Source: an uncultured bacterium
GTDB taxonomy: Bacteria; Bacillota; Clostridia; TANB77; CAG-508
Assembly: GCA_905215615.1 (NCBI GenBank)
Contig: CAJMQM010000002.1
Location: forward strand, 1-37,336
Direction: 5' to 3'
Length of the DNA stretch: 37,336 bases
Below, piece after piece: positions 9,606-18,436 of the stretch; positions within the stretch are counted from its first letter, which is position 1; each line of letters starts with the position of its first letter. The notes beneath the pieces were generated by a model. The model saw only the letters and a list, made by a program, of their open reading frames with translations, ran no database searches and was not told the origin of the DNA. A program made the position numbers and the translations under genes.

Positions 9606-9625
9606 TGAAATTAACATAATATAAT

Positions 9626-10225
9626 TTATAAAATATCTAAATATTCACTTATTTTGTTCCAAACTTCGTCAGAATATATTTTTCTTTCACTAGAAAATGG
9701 AAGAAAAGTAAAATCATGCATAGGATTTAGTTCTTCTTGCAATAATTTAACTTGACTATCTACTTTAGTAACGGCAATTTTGTCTGCTTTGTTTGCTATT
9801 ATAATACAAGGCAAATTTGCATGTATTATATAATCATACATAATTTTATCATTAGCTCCAGGTAGGTGCCTAATATCAATTAAAAATACAACAAGAGCAA
9901 TATTTTTGGACTTTTGCAAGTATTCATCTATAAAAGAATTTACTTTTAATTGTTCTTGCTTAGACATTTTACTATACCCATAACCAGGTAAATCTACAAA
10001 ATAAAATTGGTTATCAATATTATAAAAATTAATTTGTCTAGTTTTTCCAGGTTCACTACTAGTTCTAGCCAATTTTTTTCTATTTACCATAGTATTAATA
10101 AATGAAGATTTACCTACATTAGACTTACCTACAAGTACAATTTGTGGTAAATTATTTTGAGGGTATTGTTTTGGGCTAACAGCAGATATTTCAAATTGTG
10201 GATTTTTTATATTCATATAGTTCAC
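9626..10225 (-). CDS. engB: Ribosome biogenesis GTPase EngB/YsxC
   Basis: G1 GKSNVGKSS, G3 DLPGYG, G4 NKADK; 199 aa. The listed start is a GTG; the ATG three codons downstream (10216) is an alternative. No clear RBS for either. Confidence 0.9.
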   Translation of the reverse strand: MNYMNIKNPQFEISAVSPKQYPQNNLPQIVLVGKSNVGKSSFINTMVNRKKLARTSSEPGKTRQINFYNIDNQFYFVDLPGYGYSKMSKQEQLKVNSFIDEYLQKSKNIALVVFLIDIRHLPGANDKIMYDYIIHANLPCIIIANKADKIAVTKVDSQVKLLQEELNPMHDFTFLPFSSERKIYSDEVWNKISEYLDIL

Positions 10226-10440
10226 ACATAATCAATAATAGTTTACTAATTGATTAATTCCTTTCTTTTTTATATAGAATAAGTTTTAAATATATAAAAC
10301 TTAATTATTTATAATACTTATATATTAACACATGTGAATAGTTTTTTCAAATAAGAAAGAGTTATAAAAAATTGTGTTCTAATATTAAATTAAGTAGAAG
10401 AGGGGTATCTTGTATAAGAACCCCTCTCCTGAGTAACTCT

Positions 10441-10458
10441 TGTAAGTTTTTTGGTAAC
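10441..10458 (+). repeat. Left copy of the inverted repeat enclosing the purA-like gene
   Basis: tgtaagttttttggtaac. Its reverse complement matches 11001-11019 with a single 1-nt indel. Confidence 0.8.
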
Positions 10459-10509
10459 AGTTGTGTAAATTGTATAGAAAAGCTTACTAAACAATTTACA
10501 AGGTGTAAG

Positions 10510-10959
<450 letters not shown>

Positions 10960-11000
10960 TCACTCCTTTTGCACATATAGAAATGTTTAAGAGTTAACGA

Positions 11001-11019
11001 GTTACCATAAAAACTTACA
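11001..11019 (-). repeat. Right copy of the inverted repeat enclosing the purA-like gene
   Basis: Plus strand gttaccataaaaacttaca, which reads tgtaagtttttatggtaac on the minus strand. It sits where the predicted transcript 5' end should be. Confidence 0.8.
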
Positions 11020-11024
11020 TATGC

Positions 11025-11053
11025 ATTTTATCATAGATTTGTTATTAAATCAA
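11025..11053 (-). promoter_or_regulatory. Extended -10 sigma-A promoter (TTGATT-17-TGaTAAAAT) for the purA-like fragment
   Basis: Minus strand: ttgatt (plus 11048-11053), 17-nt spacer ending in tga, taaaat (plus 11025-11030). Confidence 0.6.
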
Positions 11054-11204
11054 TTACTATCTAGCTTTTTATAAAAAAAGATAACGACAGAATATACAAT
11101 TTTAAGCGTGACCTTTAAAGAAAAAATTGAATTATAGAGGTAAATATTTATATGAATTTGTAAAATAAAAGCAAATGTATTAACTAATAAAAAATAGTAT
11201 ATAA

Positions 11205-11243
11205 AATAAAAATGAGTTCTTTAATCCTAGAACTCATTTTTTA
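11205..11243 (-). terminator. Terminator after serS
   Basis: Perfect 9-bp stem atgagttct / agaactcat with T-runs on both strands. Confidence 0.7.
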
Positions 11244-11319
11244 CAAAATAATATTAAAATTACACAAATATTAAAAATCTATATAATAATATTCAAATTA
11301 AATTAATATTAATTATTTT

Positions 11320-12606
11320 TTACTTCTTTGGTACTAATTTTTCTGTACCACCCATGTAAGGCCATAGCACTTTTGGAATACTAACACTACCATCTTCGTT
11401 ATAGTTGTTCTCTAATAAAGCAATTAACATACGAGGTGGAGCGACAACAGTATTATTTAGAGTGTGTGCGTAGTAATTTCCTTTTTCACCTTTAATTCTA
11501 ATTCCTAGACGTCTTGATTGTGCATCTGTTAAGTTAGAGCAACTTCCAACTTCAAAATATTTCTTTTGTCTTGGACTCCATGCTTCAACATCACAGCTTT
11601 TTGCTTTTAAATCTGCTAAATCTCCACTGCAGCACTCTAAAGTACGTACAGGGATGTCCATACTTCTAAATAATTCTACTGTATATGACCATAATTTATC
11701 ATACCAATTCCAGCTATCGTCTGGCTCACATACTACTATCATTTCTTGTTTCTCAAACTGATGTATACGGTATACACCACGTTCTTCGATACCATGTGCA
11801 CCTTTTTCTTTTCTAAAACATGGTGAATAAGAAGTCATAGTATAAGGTACTTCGTTTTTTGGAAGTATTTGACCTTTAAATTTTCCTATCATTGAGTGCT
11901 CGCTTGTACCAATTAGGTATAAGTCTTCGCCTTCAATTTTATACATCATTGCGTCCATTTCTTCAAAGCTCATAACTCCATTTACAACATCACTTCTTAT
12001 CATAAAAGGAGGTATGCAATATGTAAAGCCTTTATTTATCATAAAATCTCTAGCATATGCAAGCACAGCAGAGTGTAATCTAGCGACATCTCCAACAAGA
12101 TAATAGAAGCCATTTCCTGCAACTCTACGTGCAGAGTCTAAGTCTATTCCTGCTAAAGACTCCATAATATCAGTATGATATGGAACCTCATAAGATGGAA
12201 CAACTGGCTCTCCAAATTTTTCTACTTCTACGTTTTTGCTATCATCTTCGCCAATTGGAACAGAAGGATGCATTATATTAGGAATTTTCATCATTATTCC
12301 TTTTATTTCATCATTGTACTTTTCTTCAAGCTTTTCGTTTTCTTCAAGTTCTGCATTTATATCTTGAACTTGTTTTTTTATTTTTTCTGCCTCATCTTTT
12401 TTGTTTTCTTTCATTAAATTTCCTATTTGGTTACTTAATGAATTCCTTTTCATCCTAAGCTCGTCGCCTTTTAATTTTACTTGACGATTTTTATCGTCTA
12501 ATTCTCTTACCTCGTCTACTAATGCAAGCTTATGATCTTGAAATTTTTTCTTTATATTTTCTTTTACGAGGTCTGGATTTTCACGAATTAATTTAATGTC
12601 TATCAT
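11320..12606 (-). CDS. serS: Serine--tRNA ligase
   Basis: Canonical MIDIKLIRENPDLV N-terminus, coiled-coil arm and class II core. Start moved to the ATG at 12606 because GGGG lies 8 nt upstream; the upstream in-frame extension has no RBS. Confidence 0.92.
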   Translation of the reverse strand: MIDIKLIRENPDLVKENIKKKFQDHKLALVDEVRELDDKNRQVKLKGDELRMKRNSLSNQIGNLMKENKKDEAEKIKKQVQDINAELEENEKLEEKYNDEIKGIMMKIPNIMHPSVPIGEDDSKNVEVEKFGEPVVPSYEVPYHTDIMESLAGIDLDSARRVAGNGFYYLVGDVARLHSAVLAYARDFMINKGFTYCIPPFMIRSDVVNGVMSFEEMDAMMYKIEGEDLYLIGTSEHSMIGKFKGQILPKNEVPYTMTSYSPCFRKEKGAHGIEERGVYRIHQFEKQEMIVVCEPDDSWNWYDKLWSYTVELFRSMDIPVRTLECCSGDLADLKAKSCDVEAWSPRQKKYFEVGSCSNLTDAQSRRLGIRIKGEKGNYYAHTLNNTVVAPPRMLIALLENNYNEDGSVSIPKVLWPYMGGTEKLVPKK

Positions 12607-12638
12607 TAGCATTACCCCTTTTCCTAAATAATGATAGT

Positions 12639-12667
12639 ATTTTATCACAAAAATTAGTAATAATCAA
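12639..12667 (-). promoter_or_regulatory. Extended -10 sigma-A promoter for serS
   Basis: Minus strand ttgatt-17-tgataaaat. It leaves only a ~25-nt leader, so there is no room for a T-box. Confidence 0.55.
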
Positions 12668-12909
12668 GAATTTGCAATTTTTGCTAACTATTTCGTAAAA
12701 TTAAATATTATAATTTAATTTTGGGTAAGCTTAAAAAATTATTAAATAATAGTAATTTTGTAAAAAATATAAGGTATGTTGCTTTTTATTTTGCCGTTTT
12801 TGTATAAATTAATAATATTGGAATATACTAGTAATACTAACATATTAAGGAATAATAAAGGGCTTTAGTATCAGCTTTAGAAATTTAATTCTGTGAGAGG
12901 AGAATAATA

Positions 12910-13188
12910 ATGGAAGATAAATTTATAAAAGATGGTAAAAAAATTTCAGACAAAACAAATGAGCAAAGAGAAGTAGAGCTTGCCATTAGTATTTTAAAAA
13001 CAAAAAGAGATTTAGCAGTTGCAAACCATAATTTTGAATTTGCAGAAAATGAACTAATAGATTATTACGCATATCAAATAAAAGCAAATAAGAGTAAGTT
13101 AGACTATTTAGTAAAGAAGGCAAAAGAAGAGGGAATAGTTTTAGATATGCTTAATGAAATATATTTAAGAAAAAATGAAGTAGTATAG
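12910..13188 (+). CDS. DUF2508 (YaaL-like) small protein
   Basis: 92 aa helical protein with the ...LIDYYAYQIKANKSKLDYLVKKAKEEG pattern I associate with YaaL/DUF2508. It lies immediately upstream of bofA, as in Bacilli and Clostridia. Confidence 0.6.
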   Translation: MEDKFIKDGKKISDKTNEQREVELAISILKTKRDLAVANHNFEFAENELIDYYAYQIKANKSKLDYLVKKAKEEGIVLDMLNEIYLRKNEVV

Positions 13189-13238
13189 TAATAATTGTCC
13201 AATAAACCTCATATTATTGAATAAAGAGGTGAGAGCTT

Positions 13239-13502
13239 TTGGACAATAATATCTTAATAACATTTGTAGTATGTATTATAGCTATTTTTATATTAGGAAA
13301 AATGTTTGCATGGCCGTTAAAAGGAATATTAAAATTAGTAGGAAATTCCATAGTAGGTGGAGTTATTATTTTTTTAATAAATTTGGTAGGAACAAGCTTT
13401 AATTTTCATATAGGGCTAAATATAATTACTGCATTAGTTGTTGGAATATTAGGAATACCAGGGGCTGCATTGCTAGTTATATTAACACTATTTCTAATTT
13501 AG
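13239..13502 (+). CDS. bofA: Pro-sigma-K processing inhibitor BofA
   Basis: 87 aa with hydrophobic segments and the C-terminal VVGILGIPGAALLVIL motif. TTG start with RBS agaggtg. Confidence 0.7.
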   Translation: MDNNILITFVVCIIAIFILGKMFAWPLKGILKLVGNSIVGGVIIFLINLVGTSFNFHIGLNIITALVVGILGIPGAALLVILTLFLI

Positions 13503-13567
13503 AAATGAAAGCTAATAATAAAAAATAAAGTAAGTAAAATTCAAAGTATAAAGAATATAAAAAACAA

Positions 13568-13603
13568 TAAAACTCTGCTATATAACTTAGCAGAGCTTTT
13601 GTT
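13568..13603. terminator. Bidirectional terminator between bofA and the convergent CDF gene
   Basis: ctctgcta / tagcagag stem flanked by A- and T-runs. Confidence 0.65.
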
Positions 13604-13628
13604 TATACAAGTTAAAAATAGTTTATGT

Positions 13629-14489
13629 TTAAACAGGGTTTACATGAATAATTGAAAGATATATGGCAGGAAGTTTATTAAGTTCTTTCTCCAAATTATC
13701 AGCGATTTCATGACTTTCAAATGTAGACATATTACCATCTAAATCAATAGAAATAGAAATTAAATATTGATAACCTACTGGTGTAGATGTAAAGTGCTTT
13801 GTTCCTTTAATTTCTTTGTATTTATTTACAATAATAAAAATTTCTTCCTTAGTTTTTTCATCAATTGCTTTATCCATTAAAACATTGTAACTTTCTAAAA
13901 ATATTTTAACACCTGTTATACAAATCCATACAGAAATTCCAATACCTACAACACTATCAAACCAATAAATATTACATAAACTAAGCAAAACAGAAATAAG
14001 TGTAAAAGTAGTAATAATACAGTCATTTCTGTGGTCTTTCATATTAGCTTTTAATAATAAGCTGTTACTAATCTTATATAATCTGCGAGTATACAAAAAC
14101 AAACAGAATTTAGTAACAATAGTTATAATACATACTAGTACTAACATCCATGAAAAATCAAACATACTTCCCATAATTAAATTAGTAACAGAGTCGTATA
14201 ACAACTTAAATGCAACTGCTACCATGGAAATACTAATTAATAAAGAAAAAATATATTCTGCTTTACCATGACCAAAATTATGGTCATCATCTTGTGGAGC
14301 ACTAGCAATTTTGCTACCTATTGAAGTCATTGCAGAAGAAAATATATCTCCCAAACTGTTTGCTGCATCTGCTATCATTGCTTGGCTATGTGAAAAAAGC
14401 CCTATTGCACCTTTTATAATTAATAAAAAAATATTTCCTAGTATTCCCATAACTCCAGCTTTTTTGGAGCTTTCATATCTGTTTTCCAT
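13629..14489 (-). CDS. Cation diffusion facilitator (CDF) family metal efflux transporter
   Basis: 286 aa with six hydrophobic segments, the AMIADAANSLGD motif in TM2 and a C-terminal cytoplasmic domain. Confidence 0.8.
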   Translation of the reverse strand: MENRYESSKKAGVMGILGNIFLLIIKGAIGLFSHSQAMIADAANSLGDIFSSAMTSIGSKIASAPQDDDHNFGHGKAEYIFSLLISISMVAVAFKLLYDSVTNLIMGSMFDFSWMLVLVCIITIVTKFCLFLYTRRLYKISNSLLLKANMKDHRNDCIITTFTLISVLLSLCNIYWFDSVVGIGISVWICITGVKIFLESYNVLMDKAIDEKTKEEIFIIVNKYKEIKGTKHFTSTPVGYQYLISISIDLDGNMSTFESHEIADNLEKELNKLPAIYLSIIHVNPV

Positions 14490-14545
14490 AACTTGTACAC
14501 CTCTTAAACAAATTTTAATATATAATTATTTTAATAAAATTAAAT

Positions 14546-14619
14546 AGCCACAGAATATTTGTATATATTTTTTTGCTTTAATAGCAGTAAAATATATACA
14601 AAATACAAATAGTGTGGCT
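14546..14619 (-). terminator. Long AT-rich hairpin downstream of glmS, a probable terminator
   Basis: agccacagaatatttgtatatatttt ... aaaatatatacaaaatacaaatagtgtggct forms an imperfect ~30-bp stem. Confidence 0.5.
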
Positions 14620-14659
14620 GATGTATTTAAATCCATGAACTGTAAAATAATATATTAAA

Positions 14660-16498
14660 CTATTCTACAGTTACTGATTTTGCTAAGTTTCTAGGTTTAT
14701 CTACGTCCAAGCCTTTATTTTTAGAAATGTAGTAAGATAGTAGTTGAAGCGGTATAACTGACAATATAGGCGATAAAAGGGCACTGGTATTTGGTATGTT
14801 AATTATATGTGTAAAATGGTTGGCAGGAAGTATTTGGTTTGTAATTATTAATGTTTTTGCACCACGAGTAATAACTTCTTGCACATTACTTAAAGATTTT
14901 TCTACCAATACAGGGTCTGTTATTATTCCTATAACAGTTACATTATTTTCTATTAATGCAATTGGTCCATGTTTTAATTCGCCAGCAGCATATGCCTCAG
15001 AGTGTATATAAGAAATTTCTTTTAGTTTTAATGAGCCTTCTAAAGCTACATTATAATCTGTTCCTCTTCCTAAAAAGAACATATCCTTTTCAGTATAAAT
15101 TTTCTTAGCAAAATTTTCTATATCTTCTGTATTATCTAATATATTACTTATTTTAACAGGTAAGTCTAATATTTCTGACTTTAAATTTTCTAATACTTCA
15201 TCTGTTTGGCTTTGTAATACCTCAGCAAAATATATGGCAAGTATTGCAAGCAAAACTACTTGAGATGAATATGCTTTTGTAGAAGCAACAGCAATTTCTG
15301 GACCTGCATGTGTATATATAGTATAATCTGCCTCACGTGTTATAGAACTACCTATAACGTTAGTAATAGCAAGCGTTGTGGCACTTTTCTTTTTAGAAAG
15401 TTTTAATGCTGCTATTGTGTCTGCTGTTTCACCAGATTGACTTATAAAAATACATAAAGTATTTTTATCTATTATAGGGTCTCTATATCTATACTCAGAT
15501 GCAATATCTACAGTTACAGGAATATTGCAAAGTTTTTCTATAATAGTTTTACCAGTTAAACCAGCATGCATAGCTGTACCACAAGCTACTATATAAATTT
15601 TATTTATACTAGATAAAAACTCTTTAGAAAAGTTTAAATCTTCAAAATCACATTTTTCTCCTAATTTAAACCTAGAACCTATTGTTTCTCTAATTGCAGT
15701 AGGTTGCTCATATATTTCTTTTAACATATAATCTTCAAAACCATCTTTTTCTGCTGCACATGCATCCCACTCTATATTTTTTACAGCCTTGGTATGTTCT
15801 ACTAAACTAGAATCATAAAATTTTACTTTATCGCTAAATATTTCAGCAAATTCATTATCATTAGGTAAATAAAATTCCCTTGTATATGTTAAAATAGCAG
15901 GAATATCTGAAGCAATAAAATTCTCTGACTTTCCTTTTCCTATTACTAAAGGGCTATCTTTTCTTACTGCTATAATTCTGTCTGGAAATTTATTAGAAAC
16001 GACTCCAATAGCATAACTTCCTTTTAAATCATCAATTGCAGATTTTACAGCCCTTAAAAATGGATTTTCCCCTTTAATACCATTTTCATAATAATAATGA
16101 ATTAAATTTGGTATTACCTCAGTATCTGTTTGAGATAAGAATTTGTAACCTTTACCCTCTAAAAAGCTTCTTAATTCTGTATAATTTTCAATAATACCAT
16201 TATGAACAACTGCAAAAGAATTGCTATTATCAGTATGTGGATGGGAATTTTCTTTTGAAGGCTTCCCATGTGTTGCCCACCTAGTATGTGCAATTCCAAT
16301 AGTACCATTTAAACTGTTTATACCATCTAAGTTATATAAATTTTTTACTCTACCTTTATCTTTTTTTACAGAAATTTTGTTATTGTCTAAAACTGCAATT
16401 CCAGCAGAGTCATAACCTCTATATTCCAAACTTAAAAGTCCATTAATTAATATAGGTGTAGCCTTTTGGCTTCCTATGTATCCAACAATTCCACACAT
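14660..16498 (-). CDS. glmS: Glutamine--fructose-6-phosphate aminotransferase
   Basis: MCGIVGY Ntn-amidotransferase N-terminus, two SIS domains, C-terminal ...KSVTVE. 612 aa. RBS aggagg. Confidence 0.95.
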   Translation of the reverse strand: MCGIVGYIGSQKATPILINGLLSLEYRGYDSAGIAVLDNNKISVKKDKGRVKNLYNLDGINSLNGTIGIAHTRWATHGKPSKENSHPHTDNSNSFAVVHNGIIENYTELRSFLEGKGYKFLSQTDTEVIPNLIHYYYENGIKGENPFLRAVKSAIDDLKGSYAIGVVSNKFPDRIIAVRKDSPLVIGKGKSENFIASDIPAILTYTREFYLPNDNEFAEIFSDKVKFYDSSLVEHTKAVKNIEWDACAAEKDGFEDYMLKEIYEQPTAIRETIGSRFKLGEKCDFEDLNFSKEFLSSINKIYIVACGTAMHAGLTGKTIIEKLCNIPVTVDIASEYRYRDPIIDKNTLCIFISQSGETADTIAALKLSKKKSATTLAITNVIGSSITREADYTIYTHAGPEIAVASTKAYSSQVVLLAILAIYFAEVLQSQTDEVLENLKSEILDLPVKISNILDNTEDIENFAKKIYTEKDMFFLGRGTDYNVALEGSLKLKEISYIHSEAYAAGELKHGPIALIENNVTVIGIITDPVLVEKSLSNVQEVITRGAKTLIITNQILPANHFTHIINIPNTSALLSPILSVIPLQLLSYYISKNKGLDVDKPRNLAKSVTVE

Positions 16499-16529
16499 AA
16501 AATACCTCCTAAAATATATTAAATTATTT

Positions 16530-16697
16530 TAAGAAAGCATTACAAATTAACATTACCCTATTAGATTTGTTACATTATATTACTATAATCTTTTCACTAA
16601 TATTTAATGGCAGTAACATGCCATAGAGCCATCCGCCGAGTCTTTCGATAAGCCCTAACCTCGTCAACAGAAAAATGTCTGTCCAGGCGCTAAATAA
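16530..16697 (-). ncRNA. glmS ribozyme/riboswitch in the glmS leader
   Basis: The minus strand reads A|GCGCCUGGACAGACAUUUUUCUGUUGACGAGGUUAGGGCUUAUCGAAAGACUCGGCGGAUGGCUC... This matches the conserved AGCGCC cleavage site and the GACGAGG, UAUCGAA and CGGCGGAUG core blocks. The 3' boundary is approximate. Confidence 0.85.
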
Positions 16698-16752
16698 AAA
16701 ACTAACCTCCTTATGTAAAATATAGAAAATTTGTAAAGTTTCTAATGTTATT

Positions 16753-16781
16753 ATATTACTATAAAATAATAATTGTGTCAA
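16753..16781 (-). promoter_or_regulatory. Sigma-A promoter (TTGACA-17-TAATAT) for the glmS ribozyme and glmS
   Basis: Minus strand: ttgaca (plus 16776-16781), 17-nt spacer, taatat (plus 16753-16758). Confidence 0.6.
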
Positions 16782-16805
16782 AGAAAATTAATATATATTA
16801 GATAA

Positions 16806-16834
16806 TTGACAATAAATTCAAATATTGTTAAAAT
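16806..16834 (+). promoter_or_regulatory. Sigma-A promoter (TTGACA-17-TAAAAT) for the PHP / CYTH-like / PP2C-like operon
   Basis: ttgaca 16806-16811, 17-nt spacer, taaaat 16829-16834. Divergent from the glmS promoter. Confidence 0.6.
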
Positions 16835-16857
16835 TAAGCCGTTAAGGGGGAAACACT

Positions 16858-17901
16858 ATGGAAAATATAATAGGTATGCATAATCATAGAGTTGGAGCTA
16901 AAAATACATTAGCCGACTTTTTTGATGAGTGTTTAGAAGCTAATGTTTCTACTGTAGCTATTACAGACCACAAAACATTAAAAACATATATAGAGGAATT
17001 TCCAAAATTAACAGCAGAGGAAAGAAAAAGATTTAAAGACATAAAAATTATTATAGGATTGGAAATGACAGGTATGTATGAATATACAAATATTGCTGGA
17101 CAAAAACATAAAATACCTGTAGATGTTTTAGGATATAATTTAGATTTAAGTAAGCATGAATTATTAGATAAATTAGTAGCACAAAACTATGTATTTACAG
17201 ATGACCCAGAGTTTCAAAAGAAAGAGCTAGAAAGATTAATTTCAGTAGCTAAATCATTGGGATTTAGAGCAGATTATGATAATATGCACATTTCAGAAGA
17301 AGAAAAATTGGCAGCGCGTATATTAAGCTATGGATTAACCTCGCCAGAATATAAAGATTACAATTTAAGCAAAGGACTATTGCCAGAATTAGTAGTAAAC
17401 CCTAGAGCATTTTTTAATCGTTATTGTAAAAATCAGGATTCTGCATTTTATTTAGACCAATCTGGATTTAATCCAGATATACAAACTGTTATAGATATTA
17501 TTCATAAATGTGGAGGAGATGTAGTATTTCCTCATACAGCAGCATATCATCCTAAGGCAGGTAATGATGAACAAATAAGGCAGGCATGGGAAGATAGTAA
17601 AAAATTTACTGAAGATTTTGTTAAAGAATTTGGTTCACAATTAAAGGGAATTGAAGTTATACATCCATCTTATTTAGGAAATGAACAATTCGAGAGCTTT
17701 TTAAGAAATATAGCTAAACAAAACAATTTATATGTAACAGGTGGTACAGATTATCATCAACCAGGCGAAAAAATTGCACAAGATGTTAATGGAAAAGAAA
17801 TAACTACAGATAGACTTCCAGATGTAGAAAAATGGGTAAAAACATATTCAATTAATGATATTGAAAAAACTGTTGAAAATATGAATAAGGAGGAAAGATA
17901 A
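16858..17901 (+). CDS. PHP-domain metal-dependent phosphoesterase
   Basis: N-terminal MHNH (HxH), AITDH, later His residues and C-terminal GGTDYH fit the PHP (polymerase/histidinol phosphatase) motif set. 347 aa. RBS aaggggg. Confidence 0.7.
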   Translation: MENIIGMHNHRVGAKNTLADFFDECLEANVSTVAITDHKTLKTYIEEFPKLTAEERKRFKDIKIIIGLEMTGMYEYTNIAGQKHKIPVDVLGYNLDLSKHELLDKLVAQNYVFTDDPEFQKKELERLISVAKSLGFRADYDNMHISEEEKLAARILSYGLTSPEYKDYNLSKGLLPELVVNPRAFFNRYCKNQDSAFYLDQSGFNPDIQTVIDIIHKCGGDVVFPHTAAYHPKAGNDEQIRQAWEDSKKFTEDFVKEFGSQLKGIEVIHPSYLGNEQFESFLRNIAKQNNLYVTGGTDYHQPGEKIAQDVNGKEITTDRLPDVEKWVKTYSINDIEKTVENMNKEER

Positions 17902-18428
17902 TGTTAAAAAATGATTATTATACTATTCCAATTGATAAACATACATTTTTTAAAATATTAGAAGATATAGGATTAGAAAATTTTGAAGTTAAATTATATA
18001 CTACTATATCTTACGATAAAGAGAATATGGAATTTTCAAGTGCCGATTTTCAATACCAATTTTTAGAGTTAAAAGAAATAAAAAGTAGTAACAATGTAGA
18101 AAGATATATTAATTATACACATTATTATCCAGAAAATGAGACATACCATAATATGGAAAAAACATATAAAGTAGAAATAGATAATATAGACAATATGCAA
18201 AATATATTAAGCTCAATTGGTTTTAAAGCTTTAAGTAAACAGATAATTAGAGAAATGAAAATAGAAGTTTTAGAAAAATACTATATGGCTTTAAAAGAGT
18301 GTGATAACACTGCATATTCTATAGAATTTCAAACTATAGATAACCATTATATAACAAAAGAAAACTATGAGGAATTAACTCAATTTTTAAAAAAATATAA
18401 TATAAATCATGTAGAAAATGTTTTTTAG
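17901..18428 (+). CDS. Hypothetical protein, possibly CYTH-like (triphosphate tunnel fold) but lacking a clear ExExK motif
   Basis: 175 aa. The C-terminal half (KTYKVEIDNIDNMQNILSSIGFKALSKQIIREMKIEVLEKYYMALKECDNTAYSIEFQT) resembles the strand/helix pattern of CyaB-type CYTH proteins. The N-terminus has NFEVK rather than ExExK. The start overlaps the upstream stop by 1 nt (TAATG). Confidence 0.35.
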   Translation: MLKNDYYTIPIDKHTFFKILEDIGLENFEVKLYTTISYDKENMEFSSADFQYQFLELKEIKSSNNVERYINYTHYYPENETYHNMEKTYKVEIDNIDNMQNILSSIGFKALSKQIIREMKIEVLEKYYMALKECDNTAYSIEFQTIDNHYITKENYEELTQFLKKYNINHVENVF

Positions 18429-18436
18429 GAGATAAA

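Noticed and set aside
12607-12648. Upstream in-frame start extensions offered by the ORF track for serS (12648), uvrC (19451), the 407-aa protein (29449) and the small membrane ORF (21396)
   Set aside because: In each case a downstream ATG has a properly spaced Shine-Dalgarno sequence and matches the conserved protein N-terminus. The upstream start lacks an RBS, or lies inside a predicted promoter or the preceding gene.
12607-12909. T-box leader expected upstream of serS (and likewise upstream of gltX at 7399-7554)
   Set aside because: No conserved T-box sequence (AAUUAGGGUGGUACCGCG-like) or specifier/antiterminator architecture is present. The predicted promoters leave leaders of only ~25-35 nt.
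14490-14659. NiCo (czcD-type) riboswitch upstream of the CDF transporter
   Set aside because: The region is almost pure AT with one long hairpin. It lacks the GC-rich four-way-junction core of the czcD motif.
16575-16781. 68-aa minus-strand ORF upstream of glmS
   Set aside because: It overlaps the glmS ribozyme core (AGCGCC...GACGAGG...CGGCGGAUG) and its promoter. The open frame is incidental.
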